From Harriotta raleighana (taxonomy: Eukaryota), in NCBI GenBank assembly GCA_050575255.1, contig JBNZDD010013721.1, positions 4,765,196 to 4,829,195 of the forward strand: DNA of 64,000 bases, in the 5' to 3' direction. The notes below the pieces were generated by a model, which did not search any database, had not been told where the DNA came from, and saw nothing but the letters and a program-made list of their open reading frames with translations. The position numbers and the translations under genes are program-made. Below are positions 48,418 to 59,895 of this stretch, piece by piece (positions within the stretch are counted from its first letter, which is position 1; the number at the start of each line of letters is the position of its first letter).

Positions 48418-51260
48418 AATTGTTGTTGTTTGTTGGGAATCTTGGGGATTTTCTTTGGTCAGCCAAGATCTGACATTTACATAAACCTCTTCTGTGTTTA
48501 AGAGCTTGCAATGTTTACTTTGTTGGTTCTGGGGACTGAACTCTCCCCCAGGCCACACATCCCACTAGCCGCTACCACCAGAGCACAGTCAAGGTGTTGT
48601 GGACCCCAAAGTATTAATAACTTTCTTCCATTTGACACTGTGCCTATCAACTCAATCCATTTCACAAATAATTGCTTTCAAGTGCAGTCACTGTGTGTTC
48701 TGTAGGTGAATTAAGCCTCCAATTTTCACACAAGCAATGTACTGCAAACAGCCGTGAAGACAATGACCAATTTCTTAGTTGGGTGGGGTGGGTAGTGGTG
48801 GTGGTTGTAATAGTGCTATGGGATCTTTAACATCCACCTGAACAGGCAGATAGAATCTCAGTTTAATGCTGTAGCTGAAGGATGGCACCTCTCACTCCCA
48901 CCCATCCCAATACTGCACTGGAGTATCAGCCCTAACTGTGGGCTGAAGTCTGAATGTGGGATTTGTCAGAGGCAGACTGAGCCAAAATAACATCATTGGA
49001 GTCCTGCAGCAATGTAACCGTACAAAACCACTAAATTCACAAGAGAAAAGTACTTGTGAGCTTCTATTATGTCCAGCTGGGCCCATCCGATTCATTATAA
49101 AATTATTACCACTGGAAGGCGATCCACCAATCGACGAATAGAGTACAGAAACCTGCCTAAGGTATCACCCCAGCCACAAATCAAATCCATGTCCTCTCAT
49201 TTGAGAGGCAAAAGCTCTAACCAATATGCTACAGGACTCCACAAATTATGATGAGCTGGTGAAAGATTGCACTGATAGGTGAGCATAGGAGGGGAGGAAA
49301 GATAGAGAGCTGTATGCATTCAGACTTATTAACACAAAGGCAGATTTCCAAAACTACAGCTTTAGTAATTCAACTCTTTTTATTTTCTATAAGATGCCCT
49401 GGCTGGTTCATTTGGCTCATTAAAGTAAGTAGACTTCTATGTTTACCTGGGAGGGCTTTGTTGAATAACACAGTATGATCTAGCATTTGAAAAGGCCCTT
49501 GAACCTGTAGGATGTACATTTATTTAGAGATTTGCACACTATTGATTACAGCCCCTCTCCCCCACCCTCGAGAACTCCATCCTGCAGTTCTTTGATCTCG
49601 CCCCATCCCTTTCCGCCCTCAAGACCCATCTCTTTGACCATGCTTTTGATCAACCTCCTCCCACCCCCTCCACCCTCCCCAGTCGCGACCCCCAGCTTGG
49701 GTCCGAAATACTGACTGTCCAGCGCATTGGGATATCCTCCTGATGTGAAAAGTGTTATATAAATGTAATTTTATTGAAATTGCTCAATTAGTGAATGTGC
49801 CACGGATGCAAAGTCAATTGGTTGTCAAAATTATGTCTGAATGATTGACACCAATCAATCAACCGGCAATCTTTCCTCAAATTCCATTATCGTTCATTCA
49901 GTAGTGGTGACAGACATGAATCTTGGACTTTTAAAAAATTGAAAATCTTACAGGTAATTCCAGAAGGAATGAGCTAAAAAATCTGAGGTTGGGGCTTGAA
50001 CTTGCAACCTTCTGTTTCTTAAGAATAATAGTATGAATTGTACAGTACATAAAACCTTCCGAAAGTGCCAGAGGATCTCATTTCATCTCACAGTGAAAGT
50101 GGCTTCAAGGCTGAAGTTATTAGTGCCTCAGTAATAACCTGACATTATCAATTAAATTGTTAATCTAAAGCAAATTCATTACATAAATCCTTCATGAACT
50201 AATGGGCACATCGTTTAAACTGTCTGTCCATCTCATTTCTGGAACCAGAGTCCGAATGGCACTGAATTGATTGTATCAGCCAATGTCATTTATTTCCATC
50301 TGTTCACTTGGAAGAAGACTGTAAATAGCGTAATCAAATACAGCTGTCTCGCATTTCATAAAAGCAAACTCTAATATGCTTTGATTGAGTAAAATCATAA
50401 AACTGAAATTCTATCCCTTTGGGTGAGACGACAAGTATTCAAGCGAGCGTTTCCGGGAAAGACAAAACCTTAGGCACATTTCCTTACTCCGCATACCTCT
50501 GTTTACCAAGCAGTAAGTAAGAACCCAGGTGTTAGTCAGTGGCAGATCAATTTCCTGGGGTAACAATCCCTTCCCCCCCCAAATTCAATAAATAAAATTA
50601 ATAATTTGGTTACTCAATCCACGACCGTTTGTGGGAGATGGCTGTGCGCAATTGTCTGTCACATTTCACACCCAAAATACAGTGAATTCACTGTGAAGTT
50701 CTTTGAGAAATCTCAACATCATGATAAGGTGCTCTATCAAATGCAAGGTTTATTATTCTTATTAAATTTGTGCCAGATCCTCCACTAGAGATATCTCCAA
50801 TTCCTGGCTCTCTGTTGTAAATAATAATAATCCTTGGATTTGAGATGGCGCTTTTCACAGCACTTCAAAGCACTTCACAGAAGATATTGTAAAGTAAATT
50901 CACTGTATACAGTATTTTCCATAATTCAACTTCAGGTAATTTTCCAGTTCCTTTTTGAAGAACATCAGTCTCCGTAACCCTTTGTGGCAAAACGTCTTAT
51001 GTTCCAGAACACTTTCAGTCAATCTCCTCCTGAACAACAATAAAACTTGGCCTCTGACTTTACATCCTCAGTTTAGACTGATGTGTTTTGCCTACAAAAT
51101 CCACACTCCACTTTACAGTAAACCATGTGAAACAGGATTCCTTTGCAGAAGGAAATTTGCCTCTTTAAGCCCCAGTACTTCACTAATTGATTAGATGAGT
51201 GTCAATTGATGGACGTTGTGATATTAGGCTTCAATGCCTTGTGAGCTAATTGCCTCCACA

Positions 51261-51296
51261 CACGTGCTCCCTGAACACCTGTATATCCTCTATAAA
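51261..51296 (+). promoter_or_regulatory. Candidate core promoter of Spire-like gene (E-box CACGTG, TATAAA)
   Basis: CACGTG at 51261-51266 and TATAAA at 51291-51296, about 60 nt upstream of the ATG; TATA also kept in the duplicated copy near 27905. Confidence 0.4.
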
Positions 51297-51353
51297 TGTC
51301 TGTCAGGTGAGTGCAGGCTTAGCCTGGGAGAGGTTTCAACACTTTGAGTCCTG

Positions 51354-51576
51354 ATGGCTGTGTCAAGAGAGGTGTGCTCACTGAAGGCTGTGCTGGTTGT
51401 CCAGGAGCAGCCTGTGAGTGAGGAGCAGGCCTGGGCTTTGTGCTATCAGAGCTGCCAGAGCTTGTGCAAGAGGCTCAACCTGAGCCAGGAACAGGGAGAA
51501 CCCCAGCCCCGCTTCCAAAGAGTTGGTGACTTGACCTTGTTCCAGGATGGTTCTGTCGAGTATGTTCCAGCCAATG
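51354..51576 (+). CDS. Spire-like exon 1 (KIND N-term)
   Basis: [34 protein letters not shown]...LFQDGSVEY; donor GTAAC. Confidence 0.88.
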
Positions 51577-54500
51577 GTAACTATTCCCTAGCTCACCAGT
51601 TATATCTTTGTGAGATATACTGCTAAGTTTAGTTATTGTGGGTTTGTAGTGGGGGGCTTACAGCAGTTCTGCCCCTGCTTTCTGGAGCTCCATCATGATG
51701 TCTCTCCACCTTTCCCTCTCCCTCCTATCCCTAGTGTAAAACCAGTGATTCTGTCAAGCTTTCCCCTTCCATCTTCTTCAGCTCCCTTGCCTCCCCCCAC
51801 TCTGCTCGGGAGCCCAGATATCGGGGTGAAGCACTTTGAGATGTTGTCCTGATGAGATAGCCACTGTATAAATTTATTGTATTATTAGTGTTGGTTGTAT
51901 TCAGACCCTGTGTGTGTTGGGGGTTGTAAAGTTGTGTAGTGTCTGGTCCTTCTGCTCTGCAATTAGACATCAGTTTGTGGCTGACACTCAGCCAATGGAC
52001 CCACTACCTGGCCATGTGAGGAATGAGGCTATAATAATAATTCTTGCATTTGATATTATCACTTCTTTGAGATGTTTCAAAGCACTTCACAGAATATACT
52101 GTAAAGTGAATTCACTGAATATTTTGTGGCTGAAATGCTGCAGCCAATTGCGCACAGCAATGTCCCACAGACAGTCATGGATGGAAGTGACCAATTTGGT
52201 ATTTTTTTAAAAATGTTTTCAAGGGAATGGTTAACCCCGGAAAAAGGGATCCGTCACTCAACTAAGGATTGGGTTCCTATGTATTACTACACAAACAGAG
52301 GAGCATGGGTGGAGTCGCAAAGTTTGCCTAAGGTTATGCCCCAGCCTGGTATCGAGCCCTTGCTTGTGAGGTGAATGAAGAATACATACATTGCCCAGCA
52401 TAGACCATCAGATCACATACCAAAGCAAGCCTCAAACTCCTCAAACATGTTCAATGAAAGCAATAACTTTTGTACAACTGTAGATCCAGGAAGAAACTTG
52501 CACAAAAATCGACAGGTTTAATGGATGATGAGCTATTAACAACCTTGTCTAATATAAATCTGTTTCCCTTTCAGGCGGCCTTGGGAGGCCATGCAGAGAG
52601 GAGGAGGTAATTGACTTTCCTTTTTAAACGACATCCAAACCAATTGTCTGAGCAGACGAGCCTGAAAATGAAAAGCTATTAAATATACCAAGGTTGCCCT
52701 GATGGATTGCTGCTCTCTTTGCCCTGTGGTAGCCCGTTATGGCCCTTGATTTCCGTGGCAGAGGTTCACTCTCTCCATTCCCATTCCCCCTCGTGCAAAG
52801 CAAGAGAAGCCTGAAGGTTATTTGTATTGAGATGTCTCTGGGTGAGGCTGGCCCAGGGATCTGGTATCAGTATTAATTATTCCCGGGGTTAGATGGGAAG
52901 GTCCTTACTCTCTGGCCCCAACTTCCCTGCTGTGCTGTCTGTGAGCGCCATGCCATTTTCTGAACTAAACGTTATGGTGGCTTTTGAGTGAAGTTGTCAT
53001 GATAAAGTGCACTGGTGGTAGATCTCGTTCCATGTACCTCTCCTGTAGCTGAGAGAGTAAGAGAGCATTCTTGATCATTAGGTTCCCTTTGAAACTGGAT
53101 CTCAACTAAAAGGATCTGACATGTTCTTTGACTCTTATGCATTTTTCTATAAAGTGGGAGCATAGGAGCAGCAACAACTAATCATGTTTGTGTAGCGCCT
53201 TTCATGTCGGAAGATGACATGCTCAGGTGCTGGACAGTCAAGGATTTCGACTGGAAAATGGAATTGGGACGGGTGGAAGGCCTGAGTTTCTTTTTAATTT
53301 CAAGAGATTAGAGTTTCTACCGCTATCCTGAGCTATGATTAATAAGAGCTGCTTTTCCTTCCTTTAACCCCATGTTCTCTGTTTCTGTGTGTGTTTCAGA
53401 CTGTTGATTCTCTTGGAGTGCTCCTTTACAAGGCTCTTGACTGGGGGCTGAGTAGCAATGAAGAGCGAGTTCTCAGCCGTGATCTGGAGCATTTGATCTG
53501 TAGAATGGTGCGGAGATTGCGGCAGCAGCCACCTAGCACCATTTCTGAAATCATTGAGGTCATTCAGTTTGCTTGGCTATAACCTACAATCATTTATACA
53601 GTACAGTATCCTCTTTGCGGCTGTTCTCGGCGATCTGGTTCTGATGGAGAAGGTCCCTTGTGGGTGTGATGTTGACCACAAGACATAACATTGCTTGTCA
53701 TAGCATTGTACATTAAAGCAATGAACCCTGGCTATTATTTTTATTAGCGGGGGCACTAAGCTGAAATGTGGAGGATAGTTAGTGAAGTCCTGGTTTCATT
53801 GGTATATCAGAGTTGTAAAGATGTGGAATCAAGAGTTTAGATCATATACTCCCTGCTTGTTATTCTTTTTTCCCTCCCCGCTCCCTGCCCCTGCTTCCTA
53901 CATTCCGCAGAAATAGCCAAACTTTCAGTAATCAACAAACTTCTCAAATGTTCCTCAGCGGCCTGTGGCCACCACTCCTGTTGCCGAGAGCTTTGAGGAG
54001 TTATTTTTGCTTCCTATGTGGCTTCAGGTGTGTGAGAATCGCCTGTTCAACTGTACGAGGACTGATGACCACTATCGATCTGTGTGTCGGGCTTTGTTTG
54101 AGAAGTCTGTAGAACTGTGCAACATAAAACGGGCAAAAGAGGTAAGACACTGAGCCACTCCTGTGTTTTGAAGGTGTATACACTGCGTTCCATAGCCACC
54201 CATAAACCCACCAAATAAATTTGCTCGCTCATTTCAGTGTGGGTCACTTCTGTGTCCAAATTGGCTGCTGTGTTCCTCCCACAAAAGAGTTGCTACAATT
54301 TATCAGAATACAACATTATAGCACTTTGAAACAATCCTCCCAATGTGAAACGCACAGATGTAAGGTTTAGTGGTTGGGCTTGAAGGCAAAAAGAAGCCAC
54401 TCTTGTACTCGGAGGTTAATCCATTCAATTTAATAATAATCATTGTATTTGATATGATGGCATAACATATTGTTCACCCATCTTCAAAGCACTTCCTAGA

Positions 54501-57500
54501 ATATACTATAAAATTAATTGACAACATATCTTGTGGGGGAATTGTACACAGCAGTGTCCCACTTACATTTGAAGGGGCTTCTTCATCTAAGCTTGGGATC
54601 TGCGTGAGCATATACACCAATGAGATAAATGACCTGAATTTAATATGAATGTTGTGTCCTATTCCTTTGAAGAAGCTGCTGGAGGATAATCCACCAAATC
54701 GAATCATACCACAAGCGACTATTTACTGGGTGAGATCATGTGTCTTATTCTTCTGATGTTGCATCATTACAACAACAACAGCAATGACAACAATACATTT
54801 ATAGAGCATCTTTCATGTCATTAACTATGAGATAAGAGTATCTCTGATTACTGTGGCCTTCACCCACCTCTAAAGAGAATCAAAAAAACTCTAATGTCTC
54901 TAATGTGAACAATGATCAAGGAAGTTGCTGATTTAAAGTCGATAATAATAATCTTTGCATTTGGTATAGTGCCACATCACATTAAAGAGGTTGAGATATC
55001 TCAAAGCACTTCACAGGATAAAAGTGTAACGGTGGCGGGATTATTTTTGGGATAAAACGATAATTGGTCATTGCTCACATTTGCCAGAGATCTTGCCATT
55101 CTATGTCAGTATTGACTTTAAGCCCAATGTGTATCTTTCTCTCCAGAGCCCAATGTGGATGCAATTGATGACTGAGGTGAAACACGGTGTGAATTTAAAG
55201 AAAGAACATAAACGCCACTACAATCCCCTACCGTTGAAGACTGAACTCTCGCCCTTCAAGTTAATTCTGGATGACCTCAAACACAGGAGGTATACACTAC
55301 AGAAGGTTCCGGTGAGTTATTGTTGAGGCTTATGTGTAAGTTTTGACAGGTGGTGTTGAAAATATTCTGCGTATGTTTGTGCGTGGCCTGAGTGGGCCAT
55401 TCTTGCAAGGTGAAAGGCGCTGTGTAAATGCAATTTGTGGTTGTGCTTGTTTCAGGTCACTGATGACAAACCAAAGAGCCAATGTGACCGGTTGGACTTT
55501 GCCCACTTAAGGTCCTTGTTGAAGCCGGTAAGTTCCTAACCATCTGACTCCTGAGTTGTTAGTCCAAGAGATTCCTCTGATAGGTGGGTGGGTGTTTATA
55601 TGTCATATATGTATAATTTCATTTGGAGGTCGCACTCTTGCATCTCTGATTTCACCCCTTTTTTTTAATCGGACAGTGTACATTATTCTAGTCAAAATAT
55701 GTCCATTAAAACCCAAGGATATTCATTAGGCTGGGACCCACTTCAAAAGCTTCTACTTGTGTATCGAGTTACCTATAGAAACCGCAGAACTCTTGTCAAT
55801 CCAAAACGTTCTGATACTCAAGATGGGCCTTGAAGTAGGTGAGGGAGGGGCTGAGGCAGGGGTGGATCAAGGGTGGGGTTCTAGTAGATGTGGGCAGAAA
55901 GGCTGAAGGCCTGACCTTTGATGTTGGAGCATAAAGAGCAAGAAACATGGAGCAGGCCAGTGCCCATCGAATGAAGGGAGCGACAGGCTGGTAACATACT
56001 TGCAGGTTAAATTTTAGTTGTTGAATTGATGTATTCACTGACTGCCTGCTATAGGTTAAACACGCTCCAAATCGAAAAAGAGACTGCACTATTTTTTTTT
56101 ATTTTTTTTGCTTTACCCCAAATCTCCAGGCAACCAAAAGGAATCTGAAAGCCCAGCCACCCCCCACCCCTTGTCTCCACGAGATGCTGATGAAAGAAAT
56201 CCAAACAGCGAGAACTCTGCGCTTGGTCTCCCCACGAGCAGAGTCGTCAGCAAGTGGTAAATGTAATTTTGTTGTTGTTGTACTTGTAAGAAAATGTAGT
56301 AGTCAATTTTCACACACGGCAAAGTCCTAGGACACTGGAAGAAACTTTTTTCTGAAATCCAGCTCCAACAACCCCAGAGAGGGTTTAAATGAGGCATGTC
56401 TTTGGGACAGGATGTGTATTAATGTGAACAGAATCCCAACTGGTTACAGGCTATTCGCTCTGCTCTCTGCGGAAAGGAGATTTTCAGGTCAACTTCTTGC
56501 TTTTTCAGGGGAGCTGTCGGTCAGGAAAAGACACTGTGAGAGCTCGCCAGACAGCCAATGTGTCCAGTCTCCAACATCTGTGAAAAGGCTGAGAATAGAC
56601 TCGCAACTTCAGGTACAGCAGCAACAACAATAATAATCCTTGCATTTCACGTCTTCAACACGTCTCAAAGAGCTTCACATGAATATACCATAAAATGAAT
56701 GGACTGTATATATGTGGATGAAACACAGCAGCCAATTGCGCTCAGCAGTGTCCCACAAACAGTCGTAGATTATCAGGCATATGGTGTAAGAAAACTTGCC
56801 CAAGGTTTCACTCTGCTTGGAATTGAACCCAGGACTCCTGTTTGTGACAGCGAGTGCTCTATCCATTGAGCCACAGTACAACTTGTACATCACGACGTTC
56901 ACAAAGCAGAACGTCTCAGAGTATCCATACAGGCTGAGTAAGAAATTTTTATAGAGACTCGGGGGAAAAAAAAATCTGGAAAAAGTATTTCTCTGAAGGC
57001 AGCAATGTTAAATTTACAGTTGTTCATTTGCTGATTGAAGCGCTCTGAGACACCATTTAGCATGGAGGGTGCTATATAAATCCAAGTTGTTGTTGTTTCC
57101 AGGCAGATCCTAGCAACTCTGAGCAAAGCTGGGAGACGGAAGAGAGAAACTTATTTTTTGGAGCAGACAGCAGCACAGGTACAAAGTTTTTAATAATAAT
57201 CTTGGGGAATGGGGAGGGGTAGGAAGGAGGGATCGAGCGAGGGTATTGTGAATTTAATAATCCAAGTGGGAATAGACCATTAGCCCATCTCGTCTCCCAA
57301 TCCAGTTCCACACAAGACGTCTCTCCCTCTTTTCATCTGTTTCGGTTTGTTTTATTGAAGGCTCCTCTATTTCTCCTCCTAGATATTTCTAAAGAACCAG
57401 TTTGCTTGCCGGTGTCAACTTATGTGAATGTGAAGGAGCTCGTATGGCATTCAGTGAACCAGTGCAAACCACATTATCCTCTACAGATAATGAGGCCTTT

Positions 57501-59895
57501 TGGCAGCTTCTATGAACTTGTAGAAAATGTAAGTTTATTTATTTGTGTCAGTCCACAATTTTGCCCGACTTTAAGACCAAATGGCCTCACAGGTTAAGAG
57601 TACAGTACATGGAATCTCTAAGTGGTAGCAATCCTCAAACCTGAAATGTAGTTGGTTTACCTTGTTCCAGTGGCCATTTTTTTTTTTTGTCTTTTGTTCA
57701 GGAGGATTTCCATTACTCTTCAAAGCTTCTGGTCCAAGAGCTGGTGTGTGTCTGTCAGACTTTGGCAAAGCAAGAAATGATAACCCGCAAAACTGTGAAG
57801 GACAAGGTTAGGAGCTCTACCCTGTGTGAAGGGCGCAATATAAATGCATGTTGTTGTTTGTAAAGTTCTCAGAAAAGGCCCTATATTATATACAATAATT
57901 ATTTCCTGACTGCCTGCCTGATCTAATGGCAACACTGTCTCTGTCTCTTTAGTTCTGTTTCTGTTGCCAAAGAGAGCTTTTCTTTACCTGGGCTCTCACC
58001 TGCCAGCTCTGTAAAAAGGTGAGATTTGTCTTTCTGTTTTGATGGGTGTTCATCTAACAAGTGCAAATACTGAAATGCTGTGTGGGGTGGGGTCTATTGG
58101 ATACAATAACCAAATAGTCCAACATGTAAACTTGTTGTTAATGAACAGAGGCATTTTATGGAGGTTGACCTCTGTAAAGGTGGTGGCTACCAGAGCATAA
58201 AGTTAATTGACACGATAGTATTATACTAGTAAATCTGCTTCACAGTTTATGGCCAATTATTAACCAATGACTTTTATTGCCAACAGGTCAATGTGTTTAG
58301 AGTACTCTATGAAGGTAAGAATGAAATAAACCCTTGTTCTCTGTGTTGATGATTTGTATACAACAGTTGGGGATGAGGGAGTCTTACTTTGAAGGGAAAG
58401 ATTTCAAGTCTAGCTGGAATTCACAGCTATCCTCATCTAAATGAGCCCGTTGGAACATTCACTAAAGATTTTAGATTCCTGTTCAATCTAGAAAAAGATC
58501 CCAGCTGATTATTGCAGAGAATCATTCATTCCAGCAAAATAAAACTTTCAACATCTTCAGAGGTATTCCATTAAGTTCAATTGTTCAAGGTGTACTTTAA
58601 GGAATGGCAGCAGGTGACACCCATTTGTAGGGAAATAACAAAATTACACTTATAATTACACTTGTATACACAGGAAGACGTCCCAAGGCGCTAGACAGTC
58701 ACTGTGTCACACCCTAGCTGAGAGGGGTGGGAGGGAAGGAGGAGATTAGGATTTGCTGATGGGACCATTGTAGAGGAGATTCTTGAGGCAGGACTTGAAG
58801 GAGGCCAGGGAGGGAGCGACGCGAAAGGAGGAGATGGGAGACTTTTCCTTTCAAGGTGCCAGAGCTACCACAAATATCCAATATAATATATATATTGTAT
58901 ACGATCTAATGTGTGTGTCTCCAATAGGACCTTGATGTAGGTGAAAATAGGTTACAGGAAAAACCAATTTTAAATCTAGTTTTCACTTCATCAGGCGTTT
59001 CGACCGCTCCTTCGGTCACCTTTTTCCCCGTCCCTGGCTCTCCCCCGGGATCCGTTATTGTGAAGCGATCTGAGATGCTGCCCGGTGCGGAGGGCGCAAT
59101 ATAAATTGAAGTAATTGTTGTTGTAGCACTGAAATCTAAACTTTTCCCAGTCAAAAGTCAAACTTGTAGCCATTGGCTTGAAGACTTTGGGCTTAGCATC
59201 CCATGGCACTGAAACCAGGTGATCAAACTCCCATTGGAGAAAACTCTTTCAAATGTGCAATTCCTCCATCTCATTATAGACGTAGTTCCACTTCAATGTA
59301 TGCATCTCCCAATCAACTTCTTCCAACCGTTGACTGTGAGGAAGGTGGAGTCCAGTATAAGGACAGAAGCCTGCAGATACAGCTGGAGAAAAGCATTGCA
59401 CTCCTCCAGGTAAGATGGCAATTCACAGATATCCCATGGAGGAAATTCTGGATGGATGTGACCAAATGGTCCTTTTTCACCCAACCCATCTTGTGATTAC
59501 AGAGGTGAGAAGAACTTTTGCTCAGAGGGTTTTATAACATGAATCCCTTCCCACAAATTACCCAAACCACTGCTGAGCAGCATTCAAATGGAATTGGTTG
59601 GTGGATAGGGGAAATAAAGGTAATTGGTAGAGATTAGAGTGTGGAAACTCCAGTGGAAATGAGCATCAGAGCAGAACTGCCTCTTTCTGTCCAGCATAAC
59701 TTCAATAATTTTAACAACCACACAGAAAAGGTCCCAGAGCATAAGATGCTACCCTATACGATGTATGATTATCTACTTTTCTATCGGTGGTTTGTCTATA
59801 AGATGATGATGTCCTCCTACAGGTGGAAAATTCACGGTGTGGATAAAGAACTAGAAGGTGCAGTTGGACAGCGTCTTCGGCTTAACAGTTGTTGA
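51354..59895 (+). CDS. Spire-family actin nucleation factor-like gene (KIND + WH2 cluster + degenerate Spir-box/FYVE), 15 coding exons, about 523 aa; divergent paralog, possibly decaying at 3' end
   Basis: KIND motifs CSLKAVLVVQEQPVSEEQAWALCYQSC and SLGVLLYKALDWGLSSNEERVLSRDLEHLI; HYRSVCRALF; WH2-A/B WMQLMTEVKHGVNLKK / PFKLILDDLKHRRYTLQKV; FCFCCQRELFFTWALTCQLCK. All match Spire1/2 motifs in order. Confidence 0.85.
52575..52606 (+). CDS. Spire-like exon 2 (32 nt)
   Basis: TTTCCCTTTCAG acceptor, GTAAT donor, phase 1-0, GGLGRPCREEE. Confidence 0.72.
53400..53558 (+). CDS. Spire-like exon 3 (KIND)
   Basis: TVDSLGVLLYKALDWGLSSNEERVLSRDLEHLICRM. Confidence 0.88.
54028..54141 (+). CDS. Spire-like exon 4 (KIND C-term)
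   Basis: VCENRLFNCTRTDDHYRSVCRALFEKSVELCNIKRAKE. Confidence 0.88.
54673..54729 (+). CDS. Spire-like exon 5
   Basis: KLLEDNPPNRIIPQATIYW; ends in the Trp that precedes WH2-A in Spire. Confidence 0.68.
55147..55311 (+). CDS. Spire-like exon 6 (WH2-A, WH2-B)
   Basis: SPMWMQLMTEVKHGVNLKKEHKRHYNPLPLKTELSPFKLILDDLKHRRYTLQKVP. Confidence 0.9.
55456..55527 (+). CDS. Spire-like exon 7 (degenerate WH2-C)
   Basis: VTDDKPKSQCDRLDFAHLRSLLKP vs Spire ILDFIRSRPPLxP. Confidence 0.78.
56130..56256 (+). CDS. Spire-like exon 8 (WH2-D)
   Basis: ATKRNLKAQPPPTPCLHEMLMKEIQTARTLRLVSP. Confidence 0.85.
56509..56612 (+). CDS. Spire-like exon 9
   Basis: GELSVRKRHCESSPDSQCVQSPTSVKRLRIDSQLQ; phase 1-0. Confidence 0.7.
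56630..56875 (-). mobile_element. tRNA-derived SINE, same family
   Basis: AATAATCCTTGCATTT...GCGAGTGCTCTATCCATTGAGCCACAG. Confidence 0.75.
57103..57178 (+). CDS. Spire-like exon 10
   Basis: ADPSNSEQSWETEERNLFFGADSST; phase 0-1. Confidence 0.62.
57383..57528 (+). CDS. Spire-like exon 11 (degenerate Spir-box position)
   Basis: DISKEPVCLPVSTYVNVKELVWH...FYELVEN; strong splice sites. Confidence 0.7.
57953..58018 (+). CDS. Spire-like exon 12 (first half of FYVE-type zinc finger)
   Basis: FCFCCQRELFFTWALTCQLCKK vs Spire1 [24 protein letters not shown]. Confidence 0.85.
58287..58314 (+). CDS. Spire-like exon 13 (28-nt micro-exon)
   Basis: CAACAG acceptor, GTAAG donor; ancestral frame SMCLEYSMK resembles Spire PVCSQCCKK. 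Confidence 0.72.
59280..59409 (+). CDS. Spire-like exon 14
   Basis: DVVPLQCMHLPINFFQPLTV...; TAG acceptor, GTAAG donor. Confidence 0.62.
59823..59895 (+). CDS. Spire-like exon 15 up to TGA (exon continues to donor after 59937)
   Basis: WKIHGVDKELEGAVGQRLRLNSC*, followed in frame by AAHTCPDHMQVVCE and GTAAGT. Confidence 0.55.

Noticed and set aside
51305-51313. Perfect donor CAGGTGAGT just upstream of the Spire-like ATG
   Set aside because: It is only about 10 nt after the TATA box, upstream of the likely start site, and I found no supporting upstream exon.
59203-59496. Alternative open frame through Spire-like exon 14 (RRSSTSMY...LQIQLEK)
   Set aside because: It needs phase-2 entry, which neither upstream exon provides, and the other frame has the Spire-like P..HLPI motif. 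I cannot exclude a further frameshift inside this exon.
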